A stretch of 64,000 bases of DNA, from positions 19,716,001-19,780,000 of the forward strand of contig JBHGNT010000001.1 in assembly GCA_043228905.1 (NCBI GenBank). Reading direction: 5' to 3'. Positions within the stretch are counted from its first letter, which is position 1. Each line of letters starts with the position of its first letter. Under the pieces are notes generated by a model. It worked only from the letters and a program-made list of their open reading frames with translations. It was not told the origin of the DNA and did no database searches. The position numbers and the translations under genes are program-made. The DNA comes from Azolla caroliniana. Its lineage: Eukaryota > Plantae > Polypodiophyta. Positions 24,393 through 37,872 of this stretch are shown one piece after another.

Positions 24393-27288
24393 AAATGAAA
24401 TGTACTATACTAATCTCCACCTCTCACCCCATTTGCTTCGATCCCCACAACTTATTCACTCTCCCTTCATGATGTGCTTCGGCCCCCTCAACATCATCAC
24501 TCCTAAAAACAACCAAATTGCTTCATTCAATCCACCTCCACCATCTCGCCGAATACCACCAATGTCCTATTTTGAATTTGAGGATTACTTAAAAATGGGA
24601 CACATTCGTTCGATTATTGCATTCTAGGGTGCATCAATTATATTAGATGTGCCTCAATTCCCGTTCCAAGAGCTCACATTCCAAGATTGTTGGTGCTGTT
24701 AAAAGAAAATATTAGAATGGGAATCCTTGAGCCATCTAATGCACCTTATTCAAATAGGTGGTTCACAGTGCCGAAAAAGAATGGAGCGCTTCGATTTATC
24801 CAAGATCTGCAACTGGTAAACAAGGTCACCATTCGTAATGTTGGTATTGGACCTAGAGTTGATGAGTTTGTTGGAGCTTTTGCAGGAAGGTCGATTTACT
24901 CGATTGGAGACTTGTATTCTGGATACGACCAATTTAAATTGACTTTGGATAGTAGAGACATCACAATGATGCGGACTCCCATCGGGCTAGTAAGGATGTG
25001 TACATTACCGCAAGGGGCAACTAACTTGGTGGCCCACATGATGAATGCCATGAACAAAGTACTAAGAGACTGCATCCCAGATATTACAATGCCTTTCCTC
25101 GATGATATCCCTATAAAGGGGTGCCCCAAATAAGAGAAGGACGAGTCTTTAGATCAAGATGGATGTCGAAGATTTGTCTCAAACCATATTAAAGACTGTT
25201 GAAGAGTGCTAGAAAGACTAGAGGCGAACGCGAGATCCTAGTGGTGGGACATCTTTGTGGACCATACGGACGAAAACCCTCTCTTGAGAAGGTGAATGCT
25301 ATTCAAGAGATGCGAGAGGAATGTGGAACACAGACAGAGGTCCGAAGATTCTTAGGAGCATGTGCGTTCTACCACATTTGGATTCTGCACTATGCTCATC
25401 TGGCTGAACCCTTGTATAGCTTACTGAAAAAAGGGAGAAAATTCAAATGGGAACCGATACACACAGAGGCGATGAAGAGATTAAAAGGGCTATTAGTGGC
25501 AGCACCAGCTTTAAGGAAAGTCGTCTACAAAGAAGGGATGCCCATCTACATCACGGTAGATACGAATCCAACGGGAATTGGATGGGTCATCAACCAAGAA
25601 GGAGAAGATAGCACACGGTACGCCATCTGGTTCGGAGCAAAGGTCCTTAGCGAACAACAACGAGGATACGCCCAAGTAAAGCGGAAACTCTGGGGTATTG
25701 TGTCTGCGGTGAAGGTAGACAACGACTACTTGATCGGGTCGGAGGTGGTAATTGAAACGGATTGCCTCCCAATCCTTGGGATGATCTCCGGATGTGCGAC
25801 ACCAGATCTAGCTATGCTGAGGTGGATCACGTATATCAAGTCTTTGAACCCAGAGATCCGCCACATTGCTGGGAAGATAAATACGATGACCGACATGTTG
25901 TCAAGAGAAAAATTTGAGGATGAAGGTGACATGGTTTCGGAAGATGAAGACGTCGCCCTAGACTTCTTCAAGGCAGCCCGACTGTCAGCAGAAGACAGAG
26001 ACACGCCAACCCTCCACGCTTTCAACGAGAATGAGTATGAAGGGGAGTGGTTACTAATCGACAGATTCTTGAGAACGATGATGGCAGATGCTTCATGGAC
26101 GAAGGAGGTGGCTCTACAAATACGAAAGAAAGCTTACCAGTACTTTCTGAAGGGAGGATTCCTCTTGCGGCATCCAATGAGAAGGACATGGATGCCACGA
26201 TGAGTAGTGGTGAAGAAAGATGACCAAACAACGTTGATGTCTGAATTCCATGAAAGTCCATGGGCAGGTCATAGAGGAACGTGGGCACCATTTGAAAAGC
26301 TAAAGGAAAAGTACTGGTGGCCGAGCATGTATAAAGGTGTACTACATTTCGTGTCCACATGCGAAAGTTGTCAAGTACATTCGAACGTATGTCACCGTGA
26401 TGGGTTGCTACCAACATACCCACTCACCATACACTTTAAATGGATGGCGGATCTGGTCTTGATGCCAATGGGAGTGGGACAGATGAAGTACTTGGTACTA
26501 GCGAGGGAAGACTTGACAAACCAGGTAGAAGGACGAGCCTTAGCAAATAAGACGACGACAGCTGTATGCAAATTTCTACTCGAAGAGGTCGTCTGCCGAT
26601 ATAGATGTGTGGGAAAGATAGTGGCTAGCCGAGGGGAGCTAGATGCACACGAAGCAATGGACCTCTTCGAGCGACTAGGCATAAACCTCTCCCTCACAAC
26701 TGCCTATAATCCGGAAGCAAATGGGAAGATCGAGTGAGGTCATCGGCCGATAGTCAAAGCCATCATACGAGCATGCGATGGTCAAGTTGGGAATTGGCTG
26801 CGATTATTGCCCTATGCATTGTGGGCCGATAGAACTACGCACAGTTCCGTGACAGGCTATATGCTAGCAAAGCTCATGTATGGACAGAAACCAGTAATGC
26901 CCATCAAGAGGACGATCGCCTCATGGGTAGCAATACCATGGGAGAATGAGATGAGCCGGGAAGAATTATTGGTGGCACGAATGAGGCAACTCGAAAGAAG
27001 ACCCGAAGACCTAGAGAACGCGCGAAAGATAATGGAGACAACCCGCGTGAAGAATAAAATTCGGTTTGATAAGACACACCGACTACATCCCAAGAAGATC
27101 GAAGAAGGAGATTGGGTATTGGTCTACGACAACAGCCTGGACAACCAACACAGGACGACAAGGAAGTTCACAAGAAGGTGGTTCAGACTGTATGTGGTGA
27201 TGAGTGCCAATGACAATGCCACCTACCACCTCGCGGAGCTAGACGGATCAAGGTTGGCCATACCCATTGCGGGGAAAAGAGTAAAGAT

Positions 27289-30200
27289 TGTTGGGAATAG
27301 ACGCTTCTATTCACCTTCACCACTCGGCCACAACCGAGTAAGCGCGAATCGATGGAGCAGAAAATAGGAACCACAAAGAGAAACAAAACGCGGGTACACA
27401 GGGATTAACGTGGAAAACCCTAGACGGGAAAAACCACGGGAGTACAAGACTCCAAATCAACACTATACAGAGAAGTATACAATGGCGAGCTACAAGGCGA
27501 CGACCTTGAGCTCGCTGTCCTCGCCACAGGCGGCGGAAATACACAGAGGCGTCTACCTCTTCCTCTCTCGCGCTCTATCTCTCTCTCTCTCTCTCACGGC
27601 TGCTCACACTTCACTCCTCTTGAGTGGAAAAACAGAAAAATGAGAAGCAACAGTAAAACTGTTTGCCCTAAGTCATATTTATACTTATATGACTTTGGGC
27701 TATTTACAACTATAGCCTCAGGGGCCCATAGCGAACATATTCACGGATATGTTCCTGCATCCGGATCGCTCTCCGGGTACATTCTTCATCCGGCACCGAA
27801 GCCGGGGTCTTCGTCATCCGGATCCGAAACCGAAACCGGGCTTGTCGGCATTCATCTCCGATATCCGACCATCCCATCCGAAAGGGACCGAAATCCCAAC
27901 AAACTCCCCCTTCACTTCGGCATGGGATGTCTCTCCAATCCGATCCTCTTCCGGGTCGTATTTGCCTCGCCGGACCCAGGTCCTTCATTGAGAAGGTTCG
28001 GTGAAGAGCCTTCTTCAGCATCCGTATCTTGACCTGGTTCCGTCCGACGATCAACATGTCGTCCACGTACAGGAGGAGTATTAGAAAGTCTCCTCCTTCG
28101 AATTTCTTCACAAACACGCAGTGGTCGGACTGCGTTTTGAGGTACCCTTCGTCGGTCATGAAGGAGTCGAACTTCCGGTACCATTGCCGGGGAGCCTGCT
28201 TCAGTCCGTAAAGGCTCTTCTTCAACCGGCATACCAAGTGCTCCTTCCCTTTCATCTCGAATCCTTCCGGTTGCTGCATGTAGATCTCTTCTTCGAGGTC
28301 ACCGTGAAGGAATGCCGTCTTCACGTCCATCTGTTCTACCTCGAGGTCCATGCTTGCCGCTATGCTCAGCACCGTCCGGATGGAGGTCATCTTCACTACC
28401 GGGGCAAATATCTCGTCGAAGTCGACGCCCTTCTTCTGCTGAAACCCCTTCACCACGATCCTGGCTTTGTATCTCGGGGGGTTTCCGGCATCTCCCGGTT
28501 TCAGCTTGAACACCCACTTGTTTCGAAGTGCCCGCTTTCCTTTCGGCAACTCCACAAGTTCATATGTGTGGTTCTCATGCAGGGAATCCATCTCGTCCTG
28601 CATGGCACTCAACCACCTGCGGCTCTGGGTGTCATGCTTTGCTTCTTCAAAGCTCTCCGGCTCCCCCTCGTCGGTTAGCAGCACGTGCTCTGGTTCCGGA
28701 AATCTCCGGGGGGCCCTTCTCTCTCTTAGAGGATATCTCCGTTCCGGAGCTTCGGTAACCGGTTCTTCCGATTCTTCTTCATCCGAATCCATTTCGGGAT
28801 CGGGGCCGGTTCCGGTATCATTTTCGTCTTCTTCGGCCGGTTCGGTTTCTTCACCGTCTTCGGCCGGATCCTCGAGTGCTAACCGGTCCCTTGCCGGTCG
28901 GGACTGCTCCTCGCAGAGTTTATCCTCACCGGTCGACTTGGAGCTCTTCATCTTCTTCTCCGACTCCCAGTCGGCGAGTGTCTTGTCCTCCATGAAGATG
29001 ATGTCTCGACTCCTGAATATCTTCTTGTCGACCGGGTCCCATACTCGGTAGCCGAACTCGTCGTCGCCGTAACCGAGGAATATGCATGGCCGGGTCTTTG
29101 GATCTAGCTTTCCTCTCCGGTCCTTTGCCACATGCACGTATGCGAGACACCCGAACACCTTCAGATGCCGGTAGGACACTTCCTTACCGGTCCACACTTT
29201 CTGCGGCGTGTCTCCGTCCAAAGGTACTGAGGGTGATCTGTTTATCACGTATGTCGCCGTCGACATTGCCTCAGCCCAAAACCCCTTGGGTAATTTCGCA
29301 TGTGCCAGCATACTCCGAACCCTCTCCATTATGGTCCGGTTCATCCTCTCGGCCAGCCCGTTCAGTTCCGGCGTCTTCGGCACAGTAAACTCGAGTCGGA
29401 TTCCCTTCGAGCGATAGTACTCCTGGAACTGCCCCCGGTATTCCCCTCCGTTATCCGCTCGTATCGCTTTCAGCTTCTTGCCGGATTCCCTTTCCACTCT
29501 CGCGTGGAGTTCTTTGAAGACGCACAACACTTGGTCCTTTGTCTTCAACGGTGCCGTCCACAGCTTCCGGCTGTGATCATCAATGAATGTTACGAAGTAC
29601 TGGGCTCCGCCATGTGACTTCGTTTCTACCTGACACACATCAGTGTGCACCAACTCCAATGGTGCGCTACGTCTCGTCGGTGGCCTTGAGTGGAAGGAGG
29701 TTCGGTTCTGCTTACCGGCCAGGCAATCAGTGCACTTCTCCAGGTGCACATGCTTCACTGGAATAAGGTTGTCTTCTGCAAGCCTCTTCATCCCCTTCTC
29801 ACTCATGTGGCACAGTCTTTTGTGCCACAGCTCACCGGCAGTGTCGGCTGCCACATTCAGCTCTTCCGGACATAACCAGGCATTCATCAGGTACAGTGTG
29901 TTGACCTTCCGGGCCCGAGCCACTATCAAGCTCCCCTTGCTGAACTTCATGGCACCGTTCCGGATGCTACCCGTGTAGCCTTCATCATCTAGCCTCCCGG
30001 CCGAAATCAGGTTCAGTCGGACCTCCGGAACGTGTCAGACATTCTTCAGCAGCATTTTGCATCCGGTCGGGGTTGTCAACCACACGTCTCCTATACCGGC
30101 AATCCGGCACGTACCTTCGTTTCCCATCCGAACACAGCCATGCTCGCCGGCTGTGTAGGATGAGAAGTATCTTCTCTCCGGGGTCAGGTGGAACGATGCT

Positions 30201-31808
30201 CCGGAATCGACCACCCAGGTCGTCTCATCGCCGGCAATGTTTAGTTCACCTTCTTCGGTGATGAGCATGATCTCCTCTTCACTTGCCGCGAGTGCCGTTG
30301 TTCCTTTCCGGTCCTGTCCTCGCCGATCCGAACCATTCCGGTCCGTGGCTCCCCGGTATGCACCGTTTCTCTCCGGTGACTTCTTCGAATCGGTGTTGTC
30401 GGTTCCATTGTCTTTTCGGTAATGCCGACAATTCTTTCGGAAGTGCCCCGGCTTCCCACAGTGGAAGCATGTGGGCCTTCCTCTTGACTGCGACCGGGTC
30501 CCCGACTTCTCCCGTCTTTGCGGACTCCGGTTCCATTGTCTTCCCCGATCCGATTCGGTAAACAACATCTTCGGGTCGGAGGCCGGTTCCTTATCTCTCC
30601 GACGCGCTTCTTCGTTCAAAATACTTGTCTTTACCGTTTGTAGGGACAAGTTATCTTCGGTGCAGGAGGTGCTGAGAGTTACCACCAAGTTTTCCCAGCT
30701 TTCCGGCAATGTACACATCAGAATGATGGCTTGCATTGCATCCTCCAGTGGGAACTTGATCGCCGCAAGCTAGTTCACGAATCCCATGAACGTGCTTACG
30801 TGTTCCACCATACTCTCGCCGTCCCGGTACTTGAGATTCACAATCTTCCTCATCAGGGAGGTCCGGTTCAGCGCATTCTTCCTCTCGTAGAGGCCCGACA
30901 GCTTCTTCCACATCTCATATGCGTTGGTGTCGTTCGCCACATGTTGTAGGACGCTTACATCGACATATTGTCGGATCGTCGCTACGGCTTTCCGGTTCAG
31001 GAGCTTCCACTCCGACTCAAGTACCCCCTTCGGTATTTCCGACCTGTCAATCGGTTCGTACAGGTCCCGAACAATCAGAAGATCCTCCATCTTGATCTTC
31101 CAGTCGGCGTAATTCTGTGCATTCAGCACCATCATCCCCGGCTGCCCGCTGCCGCCGCCTTCCATTTTCTGCAGCAGTTCGCTCTGATACCAGTTTATTG
31201 GGAATAGACGCTTCTATTCACCTTCACCACTCGGCCACAACCGAGTAAGCGCGAATCGATGGAGCAGAAAATAGGAACCACAAAGAGAAACAAAACGCGG
31301 GTACACAGGGATTAACGTGGAAAACCCTAGACGGGAAAAACCACGGGAGTACAAGACTCCAAATCAACACTATACAGAGAAGTATACAATGGCGAGCTAC
31401 AAGGCGACGACCTTGAGCTCGCTGTCCTCGCCACAGGCGGCGGAAATACACAGAGGCGTCTACCTCTTCCTCTCTCGCGCTCTATCTCTCTCTCTCTCTC
31501 TCACGGCTGCTCACACTTCACTCCTCTTGAGTGGAAAAACAGAAAAATGAGAAGCAACAGTAAAACTGTTTGCCCTAAGTCATATTTATACTTATATGAC
31601 TTTGGGCTATTTACAACTATAGCCTCAGGGGCCCATAGCGAACATATTCACGGATATGTTCCTACATCCGGATCGCTCTCCGGGTACATTCTTCATCCGG
31701 CACCGAAGCCGGGGTCTTCGTCATCCGGATCCGAAACCGAAACCGGGCTTGTCGGCATTCATCTCCGATATCCGACCATCCCATCCGAAAGGGACCGAAA
31801 TCCCAACA
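27289..31808 (-). mobile_element. Young Copia F (Tork/Tnt1-like), lacking RNase H
   Basis: 613-bp LTRs at 27289-27901 and 31196-31808, nearly identical; TSD AAGAT; iMet PBS 31181-31192; PPT 27902-27913. Confidence 0.97.
27912..31165 (-). pseudogene. Element F gag-pol, two point stops and an RT C-terminal/RNase H deletion
   Basis: Same-frame ORFs 30770-31165, 30035-30736 and 27710-29950; CFHCGKPGHFRKNC, VVDSGAS, LLYVDD. After MKDLGPARQI the sequence jumps to the last residues before the PPT. Confidence 0.92.
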
Positions 31809-31967
31809 AAGATATTCAAGAAAAGACAAGATGAGGGTCCTAACCTAGATGACCTCAACAATGAAGATAGTATGACAGGACCCACAAATGTGAGCGAGGT
31901 TGATGAGGACATGGAGGAAATTGATCGATCACCGTAGCCGAAATCTCACACTCACTTCTTGGCCCGT

Positions 31968-34900
31968 TGTTGTGGAGAAAATTGCCCCTAGGAGGAATCA
32001 GGGAAATATGCGCATGAATTAGCCCTTACGTGTGGGCACGTTATTTAATAACTTGTACATACTTAGGAGCAATTCGGTTGATGTGAGGATACTAGGTAGT
32101 ACGCATTTATTGTTTAGGAAATCGTAGTGTATCTTTGTCTGAAGTGACAGAAATAAAGATGATTTAACCAGGGTATAACGGTCTGTCCCCGAGGGCCTAT
32201 AAAAGGGAGGGGAGAAGGCTGAGAGAGGGATCGCGTTGTCGAAGAAGAAGTGCTGTTGGACTGGGACTGAGCTCTTCTCCTATGTCTTTTCATAGTTCTC
32301 TACAGGTTTTGGGAGGCTGCCTCTGCTTCGTGGAAAGCCCGAGTGCTTCCGGCAGAGGCCCCATCTCGCGTTGTCCGTGTGCATTATGTGAGTTGGTGTC
32401 AACGAGTTGTCGTGAAGATTCCGAGCCATGGTGAGAAACCGGGGAATATCGGAAGAATCGGCGGGGTGCACCATGTGCACTTGCCCTTGTAAAACGTGTG
32501 AATAGTGGGAGTCAAGTCGGGACAGAGAATCCCATGTAAGTCGGGATTTATCCCACATTGTAACGCATCCCTCTCCTTGTTCTATAAAAGGGAGGGAGCG
32601 CCCTTTGTGAAAGGGTTGCCCATTTTGAGTCATAAGGGTATACCATTTTGTGTTTTCTTTTCTAGGCCGGCTCATGGCCGGGGTTGTATCTTTCCCCTTT
32701 GTAGGGTTGCTGCTGCTTGGTCTCCTGTGCAAGACCCCGCTCGGCGCGACAACCCATGAGCTCCCCCGACCGGCGGCTTGGCAGCCGACTGCGGCTTTAA
32801 CCTACCTTGGTCCGGCTCGAAGCCGGGGTTGTATTATTTCGCTTGTAATATACATACTCTTGTCTGTCTGTGCACATTGGTGTATTTTAGTGGTGTCGGA
32901 AGCACAACCCCTTGCTTCCTGTGCATAAGAGTTGGTGATGCACACACGCTCTCCCTCTCCTTTGTCTCTCTCCCTCCCTCTCGTGTTCGGTTGCAACTAG
33001 GTCGTGTCCGGTGTCGGGTTTTCTTGGCATCCCTCTTCTCCCTCGTTCGAGACCCCCGTGGTCCCGCCCCTTCTACATGCGCGCACGTAGTAACGCGACA
33101 TATTTGGTGAACCCGATGTGAAGGGCGGCAAGGGAGGATGGAGTTGGAAGAAAACGACTTCGCACAACTTTTTGTCGAAGCGATGAGGGAGTTTGGACGA
33201 GCAACAAGAAGAAGAGAGACGACGCAACAAGCTGTTGAATGCGTGGTTGAAAGAGTCGGCCGTTTCAACGGGGACAAGGTCCCATACTACTTTGAAGCCT
33301 ACAACGCGGAAATGGAGGTGTGAGGAGTAGACAAGGCGTTGAGGCTGAAGTTCTTCTGTAGGGTCGTCATCGTGCATATGCACGCGGAAGTGAAGGAGCT
33401 CTGAGAAGCTCATAGTTCGTGGGTGGCCTTCGAAGAGGCGCTCCTGAAGGCATATGAAGGACGATGGAAGAGCCGGGGACGACGCGGCTTCAACTAGTGG
33501 GTTGCATCGGTGAAGACCCACTAGGGTGCAACGAAGGCGTTCCGAGAGTTCGAGCGACGGCTTGCTCGGATCCCGAAGCGGGAACAAGTTTTGGTGGGGG
33601 CAGACAAAGTCCTGTTGTTCGTTAAGTCGATCAACCGAGCGGAACGGGAGGCCATCGGGATTGAGCTCAAAGATGAGGACGGAGCGAATGGCCTTACGGA
33701 GGACTGGTCGAAGGTTGGAAGGGTATGCCAACGGCTAGATGACGAGCGGGCCGAGAAGGCTAGGGGAAAGGCGCGCAATGACGCGCCATCAGAGCGGGAA
33801 GAGGCCGAACGACAAAGAGAGTCGGAAAGGCTCGGCTTCGGGGCCAGGATTGCGGAGGCGTACGCGGCTCTCGAGGCTATGCTTGAGGAAGAGGAAAGAT
33901 CGAGACCGCGAGCCGACGCTAGGGAGGTGGACTTGCCCCACGAGATGGCAGGACATCGGTATGACGGTGCCACGGGAGAGGGTGCGGAACAAAACGCCCT
34001 CTCGACTTGTGGAGATAGAACGACTGAGGAGGAGGCCGAGATACCGATCGCAGAATCGGAACGTTGGGACCGGCGGTTTCAGGCAAATCAGCCCAAAACT
34101 CTGGACATTGGAGAAGCAAGCCCAGGTGGGGCTTGCGCGATCGCTAAGGAGATGACCACCAACCACGAAGAGCCGGTCGCTACGAACAAGGGCGAAAAAC
34201 GGACGGGCGATTCTTCGCGTCTTCCGACACTTGCTCCCGAGACGATGACAGTCGGGCCCGAGTGCCCACGTGAGTCCCAAGAGGAGGAAGGTGGTGGCGT
34301 GAGACCAAGAATCACCGGCAAGACGATACGGGGAAGGAACGAACAAGAGCCCTCGGGACCAAATCCGGAGAACTCGGCATTCGGGCCCTTACGCCCATGT
34401 GAGACCGAGGAGATGGATGACGGTATCGAGGAGTCCTGAGATGATGCCAGTGAAGATGGATGGGAAGTGGCCCGCAAGAAGGTCAACGAAGGGACAAAGA
34501 AACGACCCGATTGGGGACCGATCCGCGCGGCATTCTGATTCGGGTGGAGCGCGATCCGGTCGTGGATTTTTCGACTGGGGCTAGGATCGGCGTGACTGTG
34601 CCGATACGGGAGAGGGTGCAGAATGAGCCACCCTCTTTTACATGGGGAGAAAGACTGATCGGGCGAAGGTCAGGAATCGGGAAGAAGATGATCGAGGGTA
34701 TGGAACGAGCCCGACAGGATTGGCATCGGAACCAAAACTCCGGACATTGGAGAATCAAGCCCAGGCGGGCTTGATCGATCATGGAGCGGATGCTATCCAC
34801 CGGCACCACTAAAAGGGTGGATGGCCCCGGATGAGTCGGCGGGAGCCGTTACGAAATCAGTGTCCCCACATCTTGACCGGAGACTTCGGCAGTTCGGCCG

Positions 34901-37739
34901 GTGTGGCAATGTGAGACCGAAAGAAATGGAAGATGGAGGCGGTAACGCAACAAGAAGAGCGACGACGAGTCTGGGAGAATTACAAGGGACGGAAGCGGAG
35001 AGCGAAGACCGGTCCGGTCCTATGGGTCATCTCACACCGGATCTAGAGATTTTGGAGGTCAACATCGGATCCGACGTAAGACCAAGATACTGACGGTGGC
35101 GGCAAGAGAACGGGACCTGGCAATCCAGAGAATGACGGACGAGAACCGGGCGGAGCGGACTTCCGGATAACCGATCTGGAAGGGAGGAAGAGAACAGGCC
35201 TATGAAGAGGCCGGGAACACGGTACGTCGGTACCACGGGAGAGGGTGTGGAGCGAGCCACCCTCTCGACATGCAGAGAGAAATGACCCGAGATAAGGGTT
35301 CGAGTGCCAAAGAGCCCGAGGAGGATCCTTCACACTGGTTCTAGAGACTCCGGCGGTCGGCTCGAGAGCTGGCGTGAGACCTAGAATGGCGATCGGTGGC
35401 GGCGAGGGGACGAAGGCAACAGAAGGCGGAAAGGGCGGTCTACGGAGATCCTCACACCGATCCGGCGGTCGGCCTGAGTGCCGGCGTGAGTCCTATAAGA
35501 GAGATCAGTGGCGGCAGGTGAACGTGACCAACAGAAGATGACGACACGAAGATCGGGAAAATGGCAAGCGGTTAGCTGCGACCTTAGACACACCAGTTCA
35601 AGAGACTTCGGCGGTCGGCCCGAGAGCCCACGTGAAACCTAGAGTAAGGAACGGTGGTGGCGGCAAGGCGGGCAACCGAAGGCAGAAAGGGCGGTCCCAC
35701 GAAGATCCTCACACTGATCCGATGGTCGGTCCGAGTGTCGGCATGAGTCCTATAGGAAAGATCGGTGGCGGTAGGTGAACGTGATCGGACGACGGAAAGC
35801 AGAGCGAAAGGAAGTATGAGGCCGGGAAGGCGGCCACGAACCGGATATGTACTCGATCGGTAGAGTCGGGAAGTCAAAGATCAGACGTGCTTGGTACACG
35901 AGTCGGTGACCTAACAAAACAGAGGCCCCAGAAGGATCCTTCACACCTGCCCGGAGACCCTTGCTGTTCGGCCGACATGGCAATGTGAGACCAAGGGTAA
36001 TGGAAGGTGGCGGGAAGGGGACAAAGGTGACAACAGCAGAGGCACTGACCAACCAAGGCGTTACGTGAAAGAAGGAGGCCATGCGGGCCAGGACGCGGCA
36101 AGGGTGATCTTCCGGTAAGCTGTCGGGACACTCGGTAAAGGAGCGGTGTGCCGAGCCGGAAAGGGCACACCCGAAAGCAGAACGAAAGGCGTGCATGTGG
36201 CCATCGAGGGCCAAAGCAAAGCACGAGTACGGGACGGTGCTCAACATAGATGGTGCCGAGCAAGGAAGGCGGAAGACGGCACACGATGGTGTCGGGAACA
36301 AGAACACAGGCGCGCGTAAACAGGCTACGTAGAATGGAGATCAGAACAAGGTAGATGGCCGGAGAGGGATCCTCCACATTGGGTCCCGGAGACCTTGACA
36401 GTTCGAGCTGACGCGGCAATGTAAGACCACGGAGAAGGAAGGTGGCGGCGAGGGGACGACGGTAAGCGGAAGGCTCCAAACCGGTGGTAGCAGCGCAAAA
36501 AGAAAGTGGCCAAGCGAGCTACCAATAGGTGTTCCTCAGTCGGGGGATACCGCATAACCGAAGGAACGAGAGGCGTGCATGCGGTTGAGGGAAGGGTCAA
36601 CGGGGAAGCACGCGCACTACAGGATCGCGGCGAATGACCTATCGACAGGTCGAACGAGCCTACGGGAGGCAAACGCTGAGAAGGAAATAGAGCCGACGGT
36701 TCAGACCTGCGAGGGCAACATGCAGCCGGAATGCGGATTACGGAAGCCCGGTCCCTCACTAGCCGGAATCTCTCACCCTTCTCTGAACTTGGCATGTATC
36801 GGTGGATGTGCGGTTTGGTGGGGGCGGATGTCATGAAGATTTCGGGCCATGGTGAGAAACCGGGGAATATCGGAAGAATCGGCGGGGTGCACCATGTGCA
36901 CTTACCCTTGTAAAAATGTGTGAATAGTAGGAGTCAAGTCGGGACAGAGAATCCCATGTAAGTCGAGATTTATCCCACATTTTAATGCATCCCTCTCCTT
37001 GTTCTATAAAAGGGAGGGAGCGCCCTTTGTGAAAGGGTTGCCCATTTTGAGTCATAAGGGTGTATACCATTTTGTGTTTTCTTTTCTAGGCCGGCTCGTG
37101 GTCGCGGTTGTATCTTTCCCCTTTGTAGGGTTGCTTTTGCTCGGTCTCCTATGCAAGACCCAGCTCGACACGACAACCCATGAGCTCCCCCGACCGGTGG
37201 CTTGGCAGCCGATTGCGGCTTTAACCATCCTTGGTTCGGCTCGAAGCCGGGGTTGTATTATTTCGCTTGTAATATACATACTCTTGTCTGTCTGTGCACA
37301 TTGGTGTATTTTAGTGGTGTCGGAAGCACAACCCCTTGCTTCCTGTGCATAAGAGTTGGTGACGCGCACACGCTCTCCCTCTCCTTTGTCTCTCTCACTC
37401 CCTCTCGTGTTCAGTTGCAACCGGGTCATGTCCGGTGTCAGGTTTTCTTGGCATCCCTCTTCTCCCTCGTCTGAGACCCCCGTGGTCCCGTCCCTTCTAC
37501 ACATGCGCGTATAATAACGCGACAACGTTGACGCTTACCGGCTAGTCGGCTGTAATCTCGATTATACATATATATATTTCCTTATTCATCGTTCGATCTT
37601 GATTGTGAGTTCTCTGCGTGTTTTTGTGCACGGCTTGGTCATGGTTTCGTGTCGCTCCTCCCTCTGTCCGGTTATTCCCCGGTTCGTGGCCCTCGCGGTC
37701 CCGCCTTGGTTTACCCTGCACATGTAGAATAACACGACA
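31968..37739 (+). mobile_element. Solo Gypsy LTR J (31968-32407 and 37525-37739), split by element I
   Basis: TGTTG...ACGACA ends; CTATAAAAGGGAGGG near 32197; 3' end resembles the I LTR end; flanked by CCGT on both sides. Confidence 0.7.
32408..37524 (+). mobile_element. Non-autonomous gag-only Gypsy I
   Basis: LTRs 32408-33100 and 36829-37524; Trp PBS TGGTGAACCCGATGTGA 33105-33121; gag VGRFNGDKVPYYFEAYNAEM from 33138; no pol motifs; PPT before 36829; no clean TSD. Confidence 0.88.
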
Positions 37740-37872
37740 CCGTACCAGAGGATGTGGAGTTTGGTGGGGGTGGATGTCATGAAGATTTTCGGTAACAATG
37801 TGAAAATCGCGTGGAACGAGGGAAATCGAGAAGATGCAATATGCACACGTATGAAAGGAGTGATGGTTAGAC

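Noticed and set aside
27317-28032. ORFs duplicated at 31224-31937
   Set aside because: They are incidental frames in the two LTRs of element F.
28121-29978. Plus-strand ORFs antisense to F pol
   Set aside because: Shadow ORFs of GC-rich coding sequence with no recognisable motifs.
32280-33277. ORFs duplicated at 36831-37525
   Set aside because: They lie within the LTRs of element I.
33521-36834. Long minus-strand ORFs in element I as env-like or antisense genes
   Set aside because: No recognisable motifs; explained by GC-rich, repetitive composition.
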